Part shown: positions 8,668-17,805 of the stretch, in pieces
How positions within the stretch are numbered: position 1 is the stretch's first letter
How the letters are laid out: each line of letters begins with the position of its first letter
DNA from: an uncultured virus (IMG/VR IMGVR_UViG_3300035184_001342)
Taxonomy: Duplodnaviria; Heunggongvirae; Uroviricota; Caudoviricetes
Virus record (IMG/VR): IMGVR_UViG_3300035184_001342
Reading direction: 5' to 3' (one strand)
Length of the DNA: 20,000 bases
Program-made: the position numbers and the translations under genes
Notes under the pieces: generated by a model
Database searches by the model: none
Told to the model about the DNA's origin: nothing
What the model saw: only the letters and a program-made list of their open reading frames with translations

Positions 8668-11600
8668 TTAGTAGCTTAAACCTCCGCTAGATGTATTATT
8701 AGTATCTGTGTTACTTTGTATACCTGATGTAGACGAAGTGATACTGGTAACTACTGCTCCGGAAGATCTTAATCTGCCAGCTGTGATTGCATCAATAATT
8801 TCAATATTTTCAACTGTTGCACCACTAATAAATATTTCGTCACTTTCTGATTTTATTTCTTGTAACGATCCATATGACTGATTTAGTTGGACAGGAACAA
8901 TTATAAAAGTAACTAAGTTAGGCGATAATTGACTCATTACATAACTTGATAATTCTGAGAAGTAAAATCTATCGCCAAAGTCCCAATTGTCAAGAGCAAA
9001 AAACTTGTTTATTGCACTAATAACTTTTGATTTTATTTCATTATCGTTAAGAACTAAATCTGGGTTCTTAACAATTTTAAATGTTGATTGCAAATCTTCT
9101 TTAGCCTTATTACCAAATAGTATCTTATACTTAACTGGATGATAGATAATTTCATCACTAAGTGACTTAATTTTATTAAGATTGGTAGCATAGCTAATAT
9201 ACAATTCGTCATTGCTAGGAGGTAACGGTTTAGAGTCTAAATCTCCGTCTAACCATTTTCTAAATAAGGTGTCATAACCTTTGGTTAACATATATGTATC
9301 AATGATATTACTTGCACTAGGATCAATTCTGCTGTTCTGATCTGCGGCGTGTATATATTGGAACTTGAGCGTGTCTCTACCTACTCTTGCTTTGTAGTCA
9401 GTTGTAATAGTTAATGTTGCTGTAGTTAAATTAAATGTCTCAAAAATATCTTCTTCTACAAAATAAAATAGTTGACCATCATCATAAGCACTTAATGCAC
9501 CTACTCCTGATTTTTGAGCAATAACTAAAACATTAATTGCTTCTTTTGACGTATAAACAAAATCTTCAACACCATCTGTAGATGTGTTTTTCTTTAAGAA
9601 TACAATCTTACTATTAGGATTAACTTCTTCGTTTACAATGTCATCAAAAATTTCAGGGTTATCAACTACTCCGTCATCATCATCGTCGAAAAAGCTAATT
9701 TCAATTTTTTTACTATCAACATATCCTTCTGCATCTCTGTATTCTTCTACAATTTCCCAGAAGTAATCTAAATTAAATGGATATAAAGAATCAGGTTTAG
9801 TATTAATATTTAAAACGTTAATTTTATCTTTAACAATTTTACCTGTTTTGTTGTTATAAATTTTATCTGAACTATCATAGTAGAATCTAATGTCTTGATC
9901 GCTTTCAAATATATAACGCATTGCACGATGGGTAATAGTATATGTATCACCGTCTGTATTAAATTTTAATAACCAACTAGCATCAAGTTGTGAGTTTGTA
10001 GTATCGCCTGTTTTACCAGTACTAAAATTACTATTTGCTGCTAGGTTATTTTCAGTAATAAGTCTCCACTCACCGTCTGTTCTTGAAAATCTTAATCCAA
10101 ATGTTCTATAAGAAAATATTTGTGCAGTAATTTGCGCCTTAACATCATCTGTCAATGACGAAGGAATTGCTGTTCTAATTTCAATTAATTTAGAATTGCT
10201 CGGTATTTGATCGTTAAACACAATTGGACCAGTACTGTCTGGTTTTATTTGTGTTCCGTCTCTGTCTACACTAACAACTTTAACCCACTTGTATGTTGTG
10301 CCGCCTCTAAAGTCAGGCAAGCCTGATTCTAACTTTCCGTTTAAAAAATGGAAACCTTCTGGTGGTACAAATTTAAGTAGTGAGTTTGATTTTACAAACT
10401 TCATATTAGAGCTTGTAAATGTGCCTACTTTAATTAACACTCCTGCTGAGTTTGTTAATCTACCAGTAAAGTTATTTGTTTCAGAAGATAATTCAGTCCA
10501 CGTTGCTCCTAGATCTTCAACTAGTAACTTTGGAAAATTATCATAGTAATAATTACGTACTTTTATACTTGATAAAATAGGTTCAATTGTGTTAGATATT
10601 TGACCTTCAATATCAGTAAGTGTTTCAAAATTAAAACTTGATTTTAGTGTTAAGTTATTTTTGTATATTGCGCCGTCTGTACCAAATAAATTCGTAGTTG
10701 AATATTTTCCGGTTGCATCAACTAAATCAAAATATCTACTAATTCCGCTTGACGTTCTATTAACACTTTTTGCTTTTACAATATCTTGACTTACAGTTAA
10801 CGGTCCTAACTGATAGTCTTCACCAGTAACCATTCTATTTTGTGTATAATATGTTGCTGGTGCATTTTTCTTAATACTTGCATTGCTTTCAGAAACTGTT
10901 GCATTATCAATTGTTGATTTTAGTTCAAGTGTAATTGTAAGTGTTTCTGCTTTGCCTTGTCTTGATACATAAGGAATACGTACTGCAATTCCTCTCAAAT
11001 TGTCAGGCGAAATAACTAAACGCTGATTTTTACTTGTTCTATAATATGTGCGGAAATTGCCTTGTGGTAAATTACCAAAAGTTCCGTCACTAAAGATTAA
11101 ACTAATTCTATCTTCAATACGTGTTAGCACAGAGTAGATATTACGTATGCCTTTGTTTAGACTGTTATAGATAACATTGTTGCCTTCAACTGCTTCAACT
11201 TTAGTCCACAATTCTTGTTCGTTACCTAAACTATCTAATTTATAAAGCCATACATCTGACTGGTTAACATTACGTGCATCAATACCAACTACTTGACTAG
11301 TTGACGGATTAGTTACGTTAAACTGTCCTTGATCCATTGTACCTTGTCTAAAGTGGCAAAAGAAGCCTGAGTTTGAACTAGCAACGCCGCGGCCGTCATC
11401 TCTATACAAAAACGCAAAATTGTTGCCAGGGAACGGTGCTTCTTCTTCAATATTTGCATCAGTAAAGTCTGTTGAAACTACTTCAAATGATACTGATTTA
11501 CCGTCAACTGTTTTAGAAAAACTATAAACTGGTACTTCAGTATTAGTACTATTCATTCTATACTGTTCTGTAGGAACACCTGCAATAAGTTGTTTTTTAA

Positions 11601-12120
11601 CAGGTCTTCCATATGTGCCGTTTACGGGCAACGAAGCATTTACTACACGGATAAACTGTTCATACCAATCAGGATTAGCAGTGTCGTTCCACTGAATTGT
11701 TTGTCCTTCTAAATTTGTACCATTTGAATCAATAAGATCTTCTGTAGTACTTACTGCTTCAATTTTTAATAATCCATTAGCTGCTTGATTACGTTTTGGA
11801 TTGTAAGAAAGTAAACGTGCTAAACGGAGAACTGATTCTCTACGTTCAGCTAATTCTAAAAAGTTTTCTCTAGCATTTAAGTCAATACGGAAAGCAATGT
11901 TTTGACCTAAAAACGCAATCATATCAATTAACGCAAGATATTCACTCGAGTCAATATAATCGTTAAAATCTTCTGGATAATTTTCTCTCAAATAAGAGAT
12001 CATTGTACGTCTTAGATTATCGAAATCGTAAGACTTAAAATCAGCATTGCGAAAAGACTGATAGACTCTTTTCCAATCTTCTGCTAGTAGTAATCTATTT
12101 TGTCTATCTGTTGATGACAT
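8668..12120 (-). CDS. gp6: Baseplate wedge subunit, T4 gp6 / baseplate-J-like, enlarged (1150 aa)
   Basis: N-terminal YDFDNLRRTMISYL...LIDMIAFLG...ARENFLELAERRESVLRLARLLSYNPKR; central ESNASIKKNAPATYYTQNRMVTGEDY (gp6/gpJ RAVTxxDY-type motif); C-terminal AINKFF...DFGDRFYFSEL. Follows gp25, with AAGGA upstream. Confidence 0.9.
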   Translation of the reverse strand: MSSTDRQNRLLLAEDWKRVYQSFRNADFKSYDFDNLRRTMISYLRENYPEDFNDYIDSSEYLALIDMIAFLGQNIAFRIDLNARENFLELAERRESVLRLARLLSYNPKRNQAANGLLKIEAVSTTEDLIDSNGTNLEGQTIQWNDTANPDWYEQFIRVVNASLPVNGTYGRPVKKQLIAGVPTEQYRMNSTNTEVPVYSFSKTVDGKSVSFEVVSTDFTDANIEEEAPFPGNNFAFLYRDDGRGVASSNSGFFCHFRQGTMDQGQFNVTNPSTSQVVGIDARNVNQSDVWLYKLDSLGNEQELWTKVEAVEGNNVIYNSLNKGIRNIYSVLTRIEDRISLIFSDGTFGNLPQGNFRTYYRTSKNQRLVISPDNLRGIAVRIPYVSRQGKAETLTITLELKSTIDNATVSESNASIKKNAPATYYTQNRMVTGEDYQLGPLTVSQDIVKAKSVNRTSSGISRYFDLVDATGKYSTTNLFGTDGAIYKNNLTLKSSFNFETLTDIEGQISNTIEPILSSIKVRNYYYDNFPKLLVEDLGATWTELSSETNNFTGRLTNSAGVLIKVGTFTSSNMKFVKSNSLLKFVPPEGFHFLNGKLESGLPDFRGGTTYKWVKVVSVDRDGTQIKPDSTGPIVFNDQIPSNSKLIEIRTAIPSSLTDDVKAQITAQIFSYRTFGLRFSRTDGEWRLITENNLAANSNFSTGKTGDTTNSQLDASWLLKFNTDGDTYTITHRAMRYIFESDQDIRFYYDSSDKIYNNKTGKIVKDKINVLNINTKPDSLYPFNLDYFWEIVEEYRDAEGYVDSKKIEISFFDDDDDGVVDNPEIFDDIVNEEVNPNSKIVFLKKNTSTDGVEDFVYTSKEAINVLVIAQKSGVGALSAYDDGQLFYFVEEDIFETFNLTTATLTITTDYKARVGRDTLKFQYIHAADQNSRIDPSASNIIDTYMLTKGYDTLFRKWLDGDLDSKPLPPSNDELYISYATNLNKIKSLSDEIIYHPVKYKILFGNKAKEDLQSTFKIVKNPDLVLNDNEIKSKVISAINKFFALDNWDFGDRFYFSELSSYVMSQLSPNLVTFIIVPVQLNQSYGSLQEIKSESDEIFISGATVENIEIIDAITAGRLRSSGAVVTSITSSTSGIQSNTDTNNTSSGGLSY

Positions 12121-12143
12121 CGTATGCTTTCCTTGTTATAATG

Positions 12144-12151
12144 TATTTATT
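12144..12151 (-). promoter_or_regulatory. Late promoter AATAAATA upstream of gp6
   Basis: Minus strand reads GCAATAAATACATTATAACAAGGAAAGCATACGATG; 7/8 match to TATAAATA, followed by AAGGA and the ATG. Confidence 0.7.
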
Positions 12152-12177
12152 GCCTTTGAATAAGTACGCACTTAATC

Positions 12178-12624
12178 CTATAAAAGAAATCCTGCGTTTT
12201 CGTCAAATTTCATTTGCATCGTCTCTGAAATATTATAAGGCAAATAAGTTAATGTACACTCAATTTGTATTCCGCTTTCATATGTAGATACTGTAATATC
12301 ATCTACATTTGCTCTAGGATCAAAGTTTATAACTCTTGCAACATTTTTAAGTATTGCATCACGTAATTGATCTGTTAACGGTTCAAATAAAATATCCCAA
12401 ATAATTGTTCCAAATTCTGGATCACTTAATTTTTCGCCTTGACGAATATGAAAGTTATTAATAATATCTTGTTTAATGAGCTCAATATCATACAGTACCC
12501 ATTCAGCAGCGTCAGGATTTACAGTACTAATTCCTCTATATGCTCGTGATTCAGCAACTACTTCTTGAGACTGGTTACTCGGTACTGTAATTTGTTTGTA
12601 TATACTTTTTTCTTGTGTGCTCAT
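12178..12624 (-). CDS. gp25: Baseplate wedge subunit gp25 / gpW-like (sheath initiator)
   Basis: LIKQDIINNFHIRQGEKLSDPEFGTIIWDILFEPL...FDPR matches the GPW_gp25 pattern; 148 aa; located between the gp5-like gene and gp6. Confidence 0.92.
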   Translation of the reverse strand: MSTQEKSIYKQITVPSNQSQEVVAESRAYRGISTVNPDAAEWVLYDIELIKQDIINNFHIRQGEKLSDPEFGTIIWDILFEPLTDQLRDAILKNVARVINFDPRANVDDITVSTYESGIQIECTLTYLPYNISETMQMKFDENAGFLL

Positions 12625-12628
12625 ACTG

Positions 12629-12634
12629 TATTTA
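12629..12634 (-). promoter_or_regulatory. Late promoter core TAAATA 4 nt upstream of the gp25 ATG
   Basis: Minus strand reads GGGTAAATACAGTATG within an 18-bp intergenic gap. Confidence 0.65.
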
Positions 12635-12642
12635 CCCTACTT

Positions 12643-14751
12643 TTATTGTACATTAAAATTAACTAAGCTACGTTTTCCGTCAACTTCCTGTACTCTTAAT
12701 TTTGTGCCATCTTCCATCGTTACTGTTTGATTTGCTTTATATTTTCCTGATCCAACATCTGCAACTGTTGCACGATCTGCACTATTATTAAATGCTCCTG
12801 TGTTGTTACTAGTTGGTACTGATATTGGCAAATTACCTTTTGCTAACGAAGTTCTAGTTTTTAGCAAAGAACTAGCCGAACTTGTAAGATCAGATATTAC
12901 GCTTCCGCCTACTTTTGCTATATTAGCTAAGACACCTGGTCCAGCAATACTATCAATAGTGTTAACAATTGATTGTCCTACTCCAAAAGTTATTGCTTTG
13001 CCTGCATCAACTACAGAATTAATTAAGCCGCCTACCGAAGCTGTACTCATTGCACTGTCAACTTTGCCTGCAGCGTCTGTTACCCCTTTGGGTATTGCAC
13101 CTGGTTTATCTACTGTTGTTTGAGTAACACCGGCATCTGCTGGTGCTTCTGTTGTTGTTGTTTCTTCAGACGTAACAGTAGGCGTGGCCCTTACATCACG
13201 CTGTGTATTCTTCTTAAATGTATCTGGAGTTTCTGCCTTAGTACCCTGTGTTTGAGGTTCTGTTTCTTTACTGTCAGTTTTTTCAGGAGTAAATGCGCCC
13301 GGATCTAAATTTTCGTGTTCTGCCCAAGGCTCGTGTTGAGGTATTCTACTAGGAATATTAGCTTCTGTTGCTGATGACGGAGCAGTTGCACTTCCTGCTG
13401 AGTGTGATCCAAGTTTTTGATTGTCGTTGTTGCCGCTGCCGTCAGAATCAGCCCAAGCACTCCCTGCACTTGTACCATTTACACTACCTGATGATAACGT
13501 ACTAGTATTTACACCCGAGCTAACAACTACATTTCCTGTTACATCTATATTCTTTGTGTTTGTGTCAGGAGTATCTAAGTTAACACTACCTGATGCTGTA
13601 ATAATTCCGTCAACACAAGTTAATTCTATGTTAGCCGCTGCTGTTCCAAAAATACTATTTCCCGCTGTAAGATGTATATCTCTGCCTGCTTCTAAATTTA
13701 TATCTCTATCTGCTTTAAGATTTAAATCATTTTCTGTATGTACACTAACACTGTCTTGTGCATAAATGTCAATTTTACCGTTTGATGTTAATTCTATCCA
13801 AGTTGACCCTTTAGCATTAGCAATGTAAATTAAGTCTTCTGTATTATGTAAAAGTATTTGATGGCCGGTTCTAGTACGCAATCGTACAAGTTCATTATGT
13901 GGTAAAGTAGGATCACCGCCTTTGTCACCGCCTTCAACATTTACATAAACTGCTGGGCCTTCACTTGCTGAAGTTTGACGTATTAACGTTGCATCTCCAT
14001 CGTCAAATACTAAACTACTGCCGCCTAACCTATTTTGTGGTTGTGCAGTTTGTGCAAAATTTTCGCCATAATTTACTCTTGGTGCACCAGGACGTTTATC
14101 TTGTGGTCCAGGACTACTAAGACCTAAAACTGCGCTTGGAACTTCTCGTCTTGCACTAGTAGTAGTTGTTCCTCTAATTTCGTCTTCAATTAATCCTTGT
14201 GCAGTTAATGCATCAATAACATCTTGGTTAGCTGGTTTAATAAATTGTGTACTGTCTCTACCTTTACCAGTTTCTACTTTTTTATTATATTCAACAACAG
14301 GTAGTTTTTTAGCTTTGTCTTTATCATTAAATGTAGTTGATACCCAAGGATCAGGTGTCATTATATTAGTATGATCTTCTGGTATACAACCAATCCAATA
14401 ACCGTCACCACCTTCTGCAAAAATTACAAGAACTTTTGCTCCAATATCTGGTGGTACAGCCCAAAACCCATAACTACGTTGACTGTTAGTATGGCCTGAA
14501 TTTTTACTAGTCCCTTCAAGAGATGTAACTCCTGCAAATGGGCTAAGATATTTTACTGGTAATAATTGCCCCGGAGCGTTTGTAGATTGTCCTGCATTAC
14601 TTGAAGTTAAAATTTCAACTTCTAAATTGCCCATATATGTGCTGTCTAAATGATTTCTGACAATTGCTACAACAGGTTGCGTAGGAAATGATTCTTTCGT
14701 TCCTGCATTAGTTGTACGTTCTACTTGACTTTTATTAATTTTACCTACCAT
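12643..14751 (-). CDS. gp5: Baseplate central spike, gp5/VgrG-like (OB-fold plus beta-helix), with C-terminal extension and no recognisable lysozyme domain
   Basis: N-terminal OB-fold pattern (SYGFWAVPPDIGAKVLVIFAEGGDGYWIGCI); beta-helix repeats (LRTRTGHQILLHN...IELTSNGKIDIYAQDSVSVHTENDLNLKADRDINLEAGRDIHLTAG). Start overlaps the upstream stop (TAATG at 14751). Confidence 0.82.
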   Translation of the reverse strand: MVGKINKSQVERTTNAGTKESFPTQPVVAIVRNHLDSTYMGNLEVEILTSSNAGQSTNAPGQLLPVKYLSPFAGVTSLEGTSKNSGHTNSQRSYGFWAVPPDIGAKVLVIFAEGGDGYWIGCIPEDHTNIMTPDPWVSTTFNDKDKAKKLPVVEYNKKVETGKGRDSTQFIKPANQDVIDALTAQGLIEDEIRGTTTTSARREVPSAVLGLSSPGPQDKRPGAPRVNYGENFAQTAQPQNRLGGSSLVFDDGDATLIRQTSASEGPAVYVNVEGGDKGGDPTLPHNELVRLRTRTGHQILLHNTEDLIYIANAKGSTWIELTSNGKIDIYAQDSVSVHTENDLNLKADRDINLEAGRDIHLTAGNSIFGTAAANIELTCVDGIITASGSVNLDTPDTNTKNIDVTGNVVVSSGVNTSTLSSGSVNGTSAGSAWADSDGSGNNDNQKLGSHSAGSATAPSSATEANIPSRIPQHEPWAEHENLDPGAFTPEKTDSKETEPQTQGTKAETPDTFKKNTQRDVRATPTVTSEETTTTEAPADAGVTQTTVDKPGAIPKGVTDAAGKVDSAMSTASVGGLINSVVDAGKAITFGVGQSIVNTIDSIAGPGVLANIAKVGGSVISDLTSSASSLLKTRTSLAKGNLPISVPTSNNTGAFNNSADRATVADVGSGKYKANQTVTMEDGTKLRVQEVDGKRSLVNFNVQ

Positions 14752-17501
14752 TATGTGTTAATCCCGCTTTGATTTGGTGGTGTAACAGGTGGACTAATTG
14801 AAGGTGGTACTGCTGGTACACTCAATGCACTAGATAGCGCATTAGATACTTGTTGTGCAGCGATAGTCGGTGCTTGTAATGCCGCACCAAGTGAATTTTG
14901 TATATTGCCTATTTCTGACTCTAATGCTGCAACACCGTTAGCCAATGCTCCGCCAACTGGTGAAGCTGAAAGTGCTGCACTTAGTTCATTTACTGCACCT
15001 TGTATGTCATCTTGTAATCCGTTAAATGCTGCCACTGGCGCACTAGCTAACGGAGAAATAATTGCATCAATGCCTTTTTCAATAACTGATTCAATTGCAA
15101 TATCAAGAGGTTTAATTCCTGTATCCTCAGGTTGATTTCTTCTTCGAATAGTTTTTAATTTTTGAGAAAACCTATTAGCACTCCAAGTATTAGTAACTTC
15201 TGTTACTTGATATAATCCACTAAATGCACCAACTGCTTTTGAGCCACCTGCAGGAAATTTCATATAACCTTCGTCTCTTGTATCAACAGGAGTTCTAAAG
15301 TTTACAATAATATCAACTTCGCTTGATTGATAATCCATAGTCCCGTCCGATGTAATGTTGATTCCTCCAGTATTTTTGGCACCATAATTTCCCATACCGC
15401 TATCAGCAATATAGTACGGGTCTCCCCAAATTTCAAATTCAATAGTTACTAAGTCTACTTCACTATTTACAATAGCATCATTAAACGATCTTGCTATCTG
15501 ATTTTCTGGATGGCCGGCTACTCCAGATCCACTTTCGCCTGTATTTGTTTTAGGAACACTTTTTGCAGATGATATACCTGCTGAAGATGAATTCTTTTTG
15601 TCGCCTTCACTTGTACCGTGTACAGGGGTTTCTAATGCCGCTGTTAAACTATTTGATCCTTGTGTTTTCTGTGTTTTGCCCAATTGCCCCATATCACCAC
15701 TTAGTGCTTGGAAAAATGCAACATTAATATCAATGTCAAAATTGATAATATCATCATTTTGTCCGGTGTACATATAGTCATACTGCCTAGCCGCTTGTTT
15801 TCTTAAATTAACATATCCGGGAGGTGCTGTCGTAGGTGATGTAATTCTAGCAACGTGTGTTTTATAAGGCACAACTTTATAAACAAATACCTTTGCACCT
15901 TCACCTGTTTGTGCAACATTATCATTTCCGGGAATTAAAAACAAATCGGTTTCTATTCTAAACCAAGTTTTCATACCATTAGTATCTGGTTGTTCTGTTA
16001 CAAACCTTCTTGCATAGTCTGATAGCAATAATACTTCTTCAATAATAGTTTGTATTTTTGTTCCTGAGGCAAAGTTAATTCTTCTACCTTCGTCACTAAT
16101 TTTAATATTTCCTCGTTGAAAAACACCTGGAGCTTTTTCTTTATCTTCAGTAAATGCAGGCTTACCAAACATTTGTTTTCCTTCATCGAGATAATTTTTT
16201 GCAACTTTGCTTTTACCGATAATATTGACGTTTTCTTCTTTTTCAGCAGCCTCTCTAATTGATTCTCCAATTTGGCTACGCTTAACTACTATGCCTAAAA
16301 TTTTACTAATTTCTGCATCAAAGTCTGCAGGTACTTCTCCGCCTTCTATTCCTGATAATTGTTCAAATAATTCTTGTTTCTTTTCTTCGCTAACTGCTCC
16401 TGCTTCACTAGTTTCACTTTGAGTAGTTGCGCCGTTTGTATCTTCTGTTTTGCCAGCGCCTGCGGCTGATGCACTAGTAAGTTCATTAGGAAACATAATA
16501 ACATATTCGTCTGCAATTTTTTTGTTTCCTGCTTTTACTTGCTCCTGTTCTCTAGTGTTTAATATTGTAGCAAGGCTTTCAGGACCTGTTTGTAAAAAGT
16601 CTACAATTGTAGTACCTTTAATGTCAACTGCAACTTGTGTTTGTTGTATCTCGTCTGATAACGCTATTTCGTGATATGGAATTGCTGTAACTTCGTAATT
16701 ACTTCCGCCTTCACTAACATCAAAAGTTACATTTGATAATTTTAAAGGAAACATTCTTTTAGAGTTAGAATCTTTAAATGATCGTCCGTTATCATCATAA
16801 CCAATAAAATCTACTTGTAACAAATATACACATTCTAAGTAGTTTGTATAACCTGCTTGAGCTGCTGCAATATGTAGGGTTTGTAAAAATAACCCCATAC
16901 TATAAGGTTCCATTACATTAAATGATATGTTTGTTGCATTTGTTTGTTTTGTTTTGCTTCCGGGAGCAACTAAGCATTTTATTTCAACATCGTCAATGAA
17001 GTATTCGCCTGTAATTCCTGCTGCTTTTTCTAATTGTGTTCTTACTTGTCTATTACCTGAGCCGCCTGATTGTAAAACTATAACATCAGGGCCTGTTAGT
17101 CTATATGTTGAATCAGGATCATTAAACGACTCTCGTTTAATTGCTCCAAAGGTAAAAATATTATTGTAACTAGAAAATTTACTTAACGGATTCTTTTGTG
17201 GACCGGCTGCACTTACTCCGCCCATTAATCCACCAAACGCTCCGCCTAATGCATCACTTAATGCATTGCCAATGGCTGCTGTTGGATTAGAAAGTGCCGC
17301 ACTAAGATCGTTTACTGCGCCTTTGACATCTGCAATTGGGCCTGCAAGAGCTGCTCCTAATGGATCAAGAGAAATATTAGGTGACGTTACAAATGGTTTA
17401 CTAAGAGACTTTGATAAATCATTACCAAATTGTTCAGCTGCATTAGCAGTTTCAACGCCTGCTTGATCAAGCCTAGCTTTTAGATTCTGTGCTTCAAACA
17501 A
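14751..17501 (-). CDS. Probable baseplate hub protein (T4 gp27 / P2 gpD / Mu gp44-like), 916 aa
   Basis: C-terminal FEIWGDPYYI and FSGLYQVTEVTNTWSANRFSQKLKTIRR resemble the last barrel of hub proteins. Position between the gp53-like and gp5-like genes. TTG start with AGGAGG 5 nt upstream, inside the end of the gp53-like gene. Confidence 0.68.
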   Translation of the reverse strand: MFEAQNLKARLDQAGVETANAAEQFGNDLSKSLSKPFVTSPNISLDPLGAALAGPIADVKGAVNDLSAALSNPTAAIGNALSDALGGAFGGLMGGVSAAGPQKNPLSKFSSYNNIFTFGAIKRESFNDPDSTYRLTGPDVIVLQSGGSGNRQVRTQLEKAAGITGEYFIDDVEIKCLVAPGSKTKQTNATNISFNVMEPYSMGLFLQTLHIAAAQAGYTNYLECVYLLQVDFIGYDDNGRSFKDSNSKRMFPLKLSNVTFDVSEGGSNYEVTAIPYHEIALSDEIQQTQVAVDIKGTTIVDFLQTGPESLATILNTREQEQVKAGNKKIADEYVIMFPNELTSASAAGAGKTEDTNGATTQSETSEAGAVSEEKKQELFEQLSGIEGGEVPADFDAEISKILGIVVKRSQIGESIREAAEKEENVNIIGKSKVAKNYLDEGKQMFGKPAFTEDKEKAPGVFQRGNIKISDEGRRINFASGTKIQTIIEEVLLLSDYARRFVTEQPDTNGMKTWFRIETDLFLIPGNDNVAQTGEGAKVFVYKVVPYKTHVARITSPTTAPPGYVNLRKQAARQYDYMYTGQNDDIINFDIDINVAFFQALSGDMGQLGKTQKTQGSNSLTAALETPVHGTSEGDKKNSSSAGISSAKSVPKTNTGESGSGVAGHPENQIARSFNDAIVNSEVDLVTIEFEIWGDPYYIADSGMGNYGAKNTGGINITSDGTMDYQSSEVDIIVNFRTPVDTRDEGYMKFPAGGSKAVGAFSGLYQVTEVTNTWSANRFSQKLKTIRRRNQPEDTGIKPLDIAIESVIEKGIDAIISPLASAPVAAFNGLQDDIQGAVNELSAALSASPVGGALANGVAALESEIGNIQNSLGAALQAPTIAAQQVSNALSSALSVPAVPPSISPPVTPPNQSGINT

Positions 17502-17502
17502 G

Positions 17503-17805
17503 TTACCCTCCTAGTTTTTCTGTAATGTTTCTTTCTTTAGGCAAGTAAATTTTTGTGCCTGCTGTAAAGTCATAAACTGGATCTTTAAGAGTATTCATAT
17601 TTCGTTGTGCAAATACCCACCAATATTTACGGTCGCCGTATAAATCGTGAGCTAACAAGTCTGGCCTGTATGTATATTGTGGTTCAATTTCATAAACTAT
17701 ATCATCGTTTTCAGAAGGTACTGGGCGAATATTTAAAATGCCCATAAACTGCCCATTTACTTCTTTAGTATCTTTGTAAGGACTTTTATCGTCGTAATAT
17801 GCCAT
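17503..17805 (-). CDS. gp53: Baseplate wedge protein gp53-like (LysM/gpX-like)
   Basis: YEIEPQYTYRPDLLAHDLYGDRKYWWVFAQRN...DPVYDFTAGTKIYLP matches the gp53 RPDxxAxxxYGxxxxWW...N pattern; TAATG overlap with the upstream gene. Confidence 0.85.
   Translation of the reverse strand: MAYYDDKSPYKDTKEVNGQFMGILNIRPVPSENDDIVYEIEPQYTYRPDLLAHDLYGDRKYWWVFAQRNMNTLKDPVYDFTAGTKIYLPKERNITEKLGG

Noticed and set aside
9584..10546. Plus-strand ORFs 9584-9766 and 10289-10546
   Set aside because: Antisense shadows of gp6.
12800..17466. Numerous plus-strand ORFs, and 15998-16270(-), over the gp5 and hub genes
   Set aside because: Antisense or alternate-frame by-products of codon bias in Ala/Gly/Thr-rich genes; no recognisable domains.
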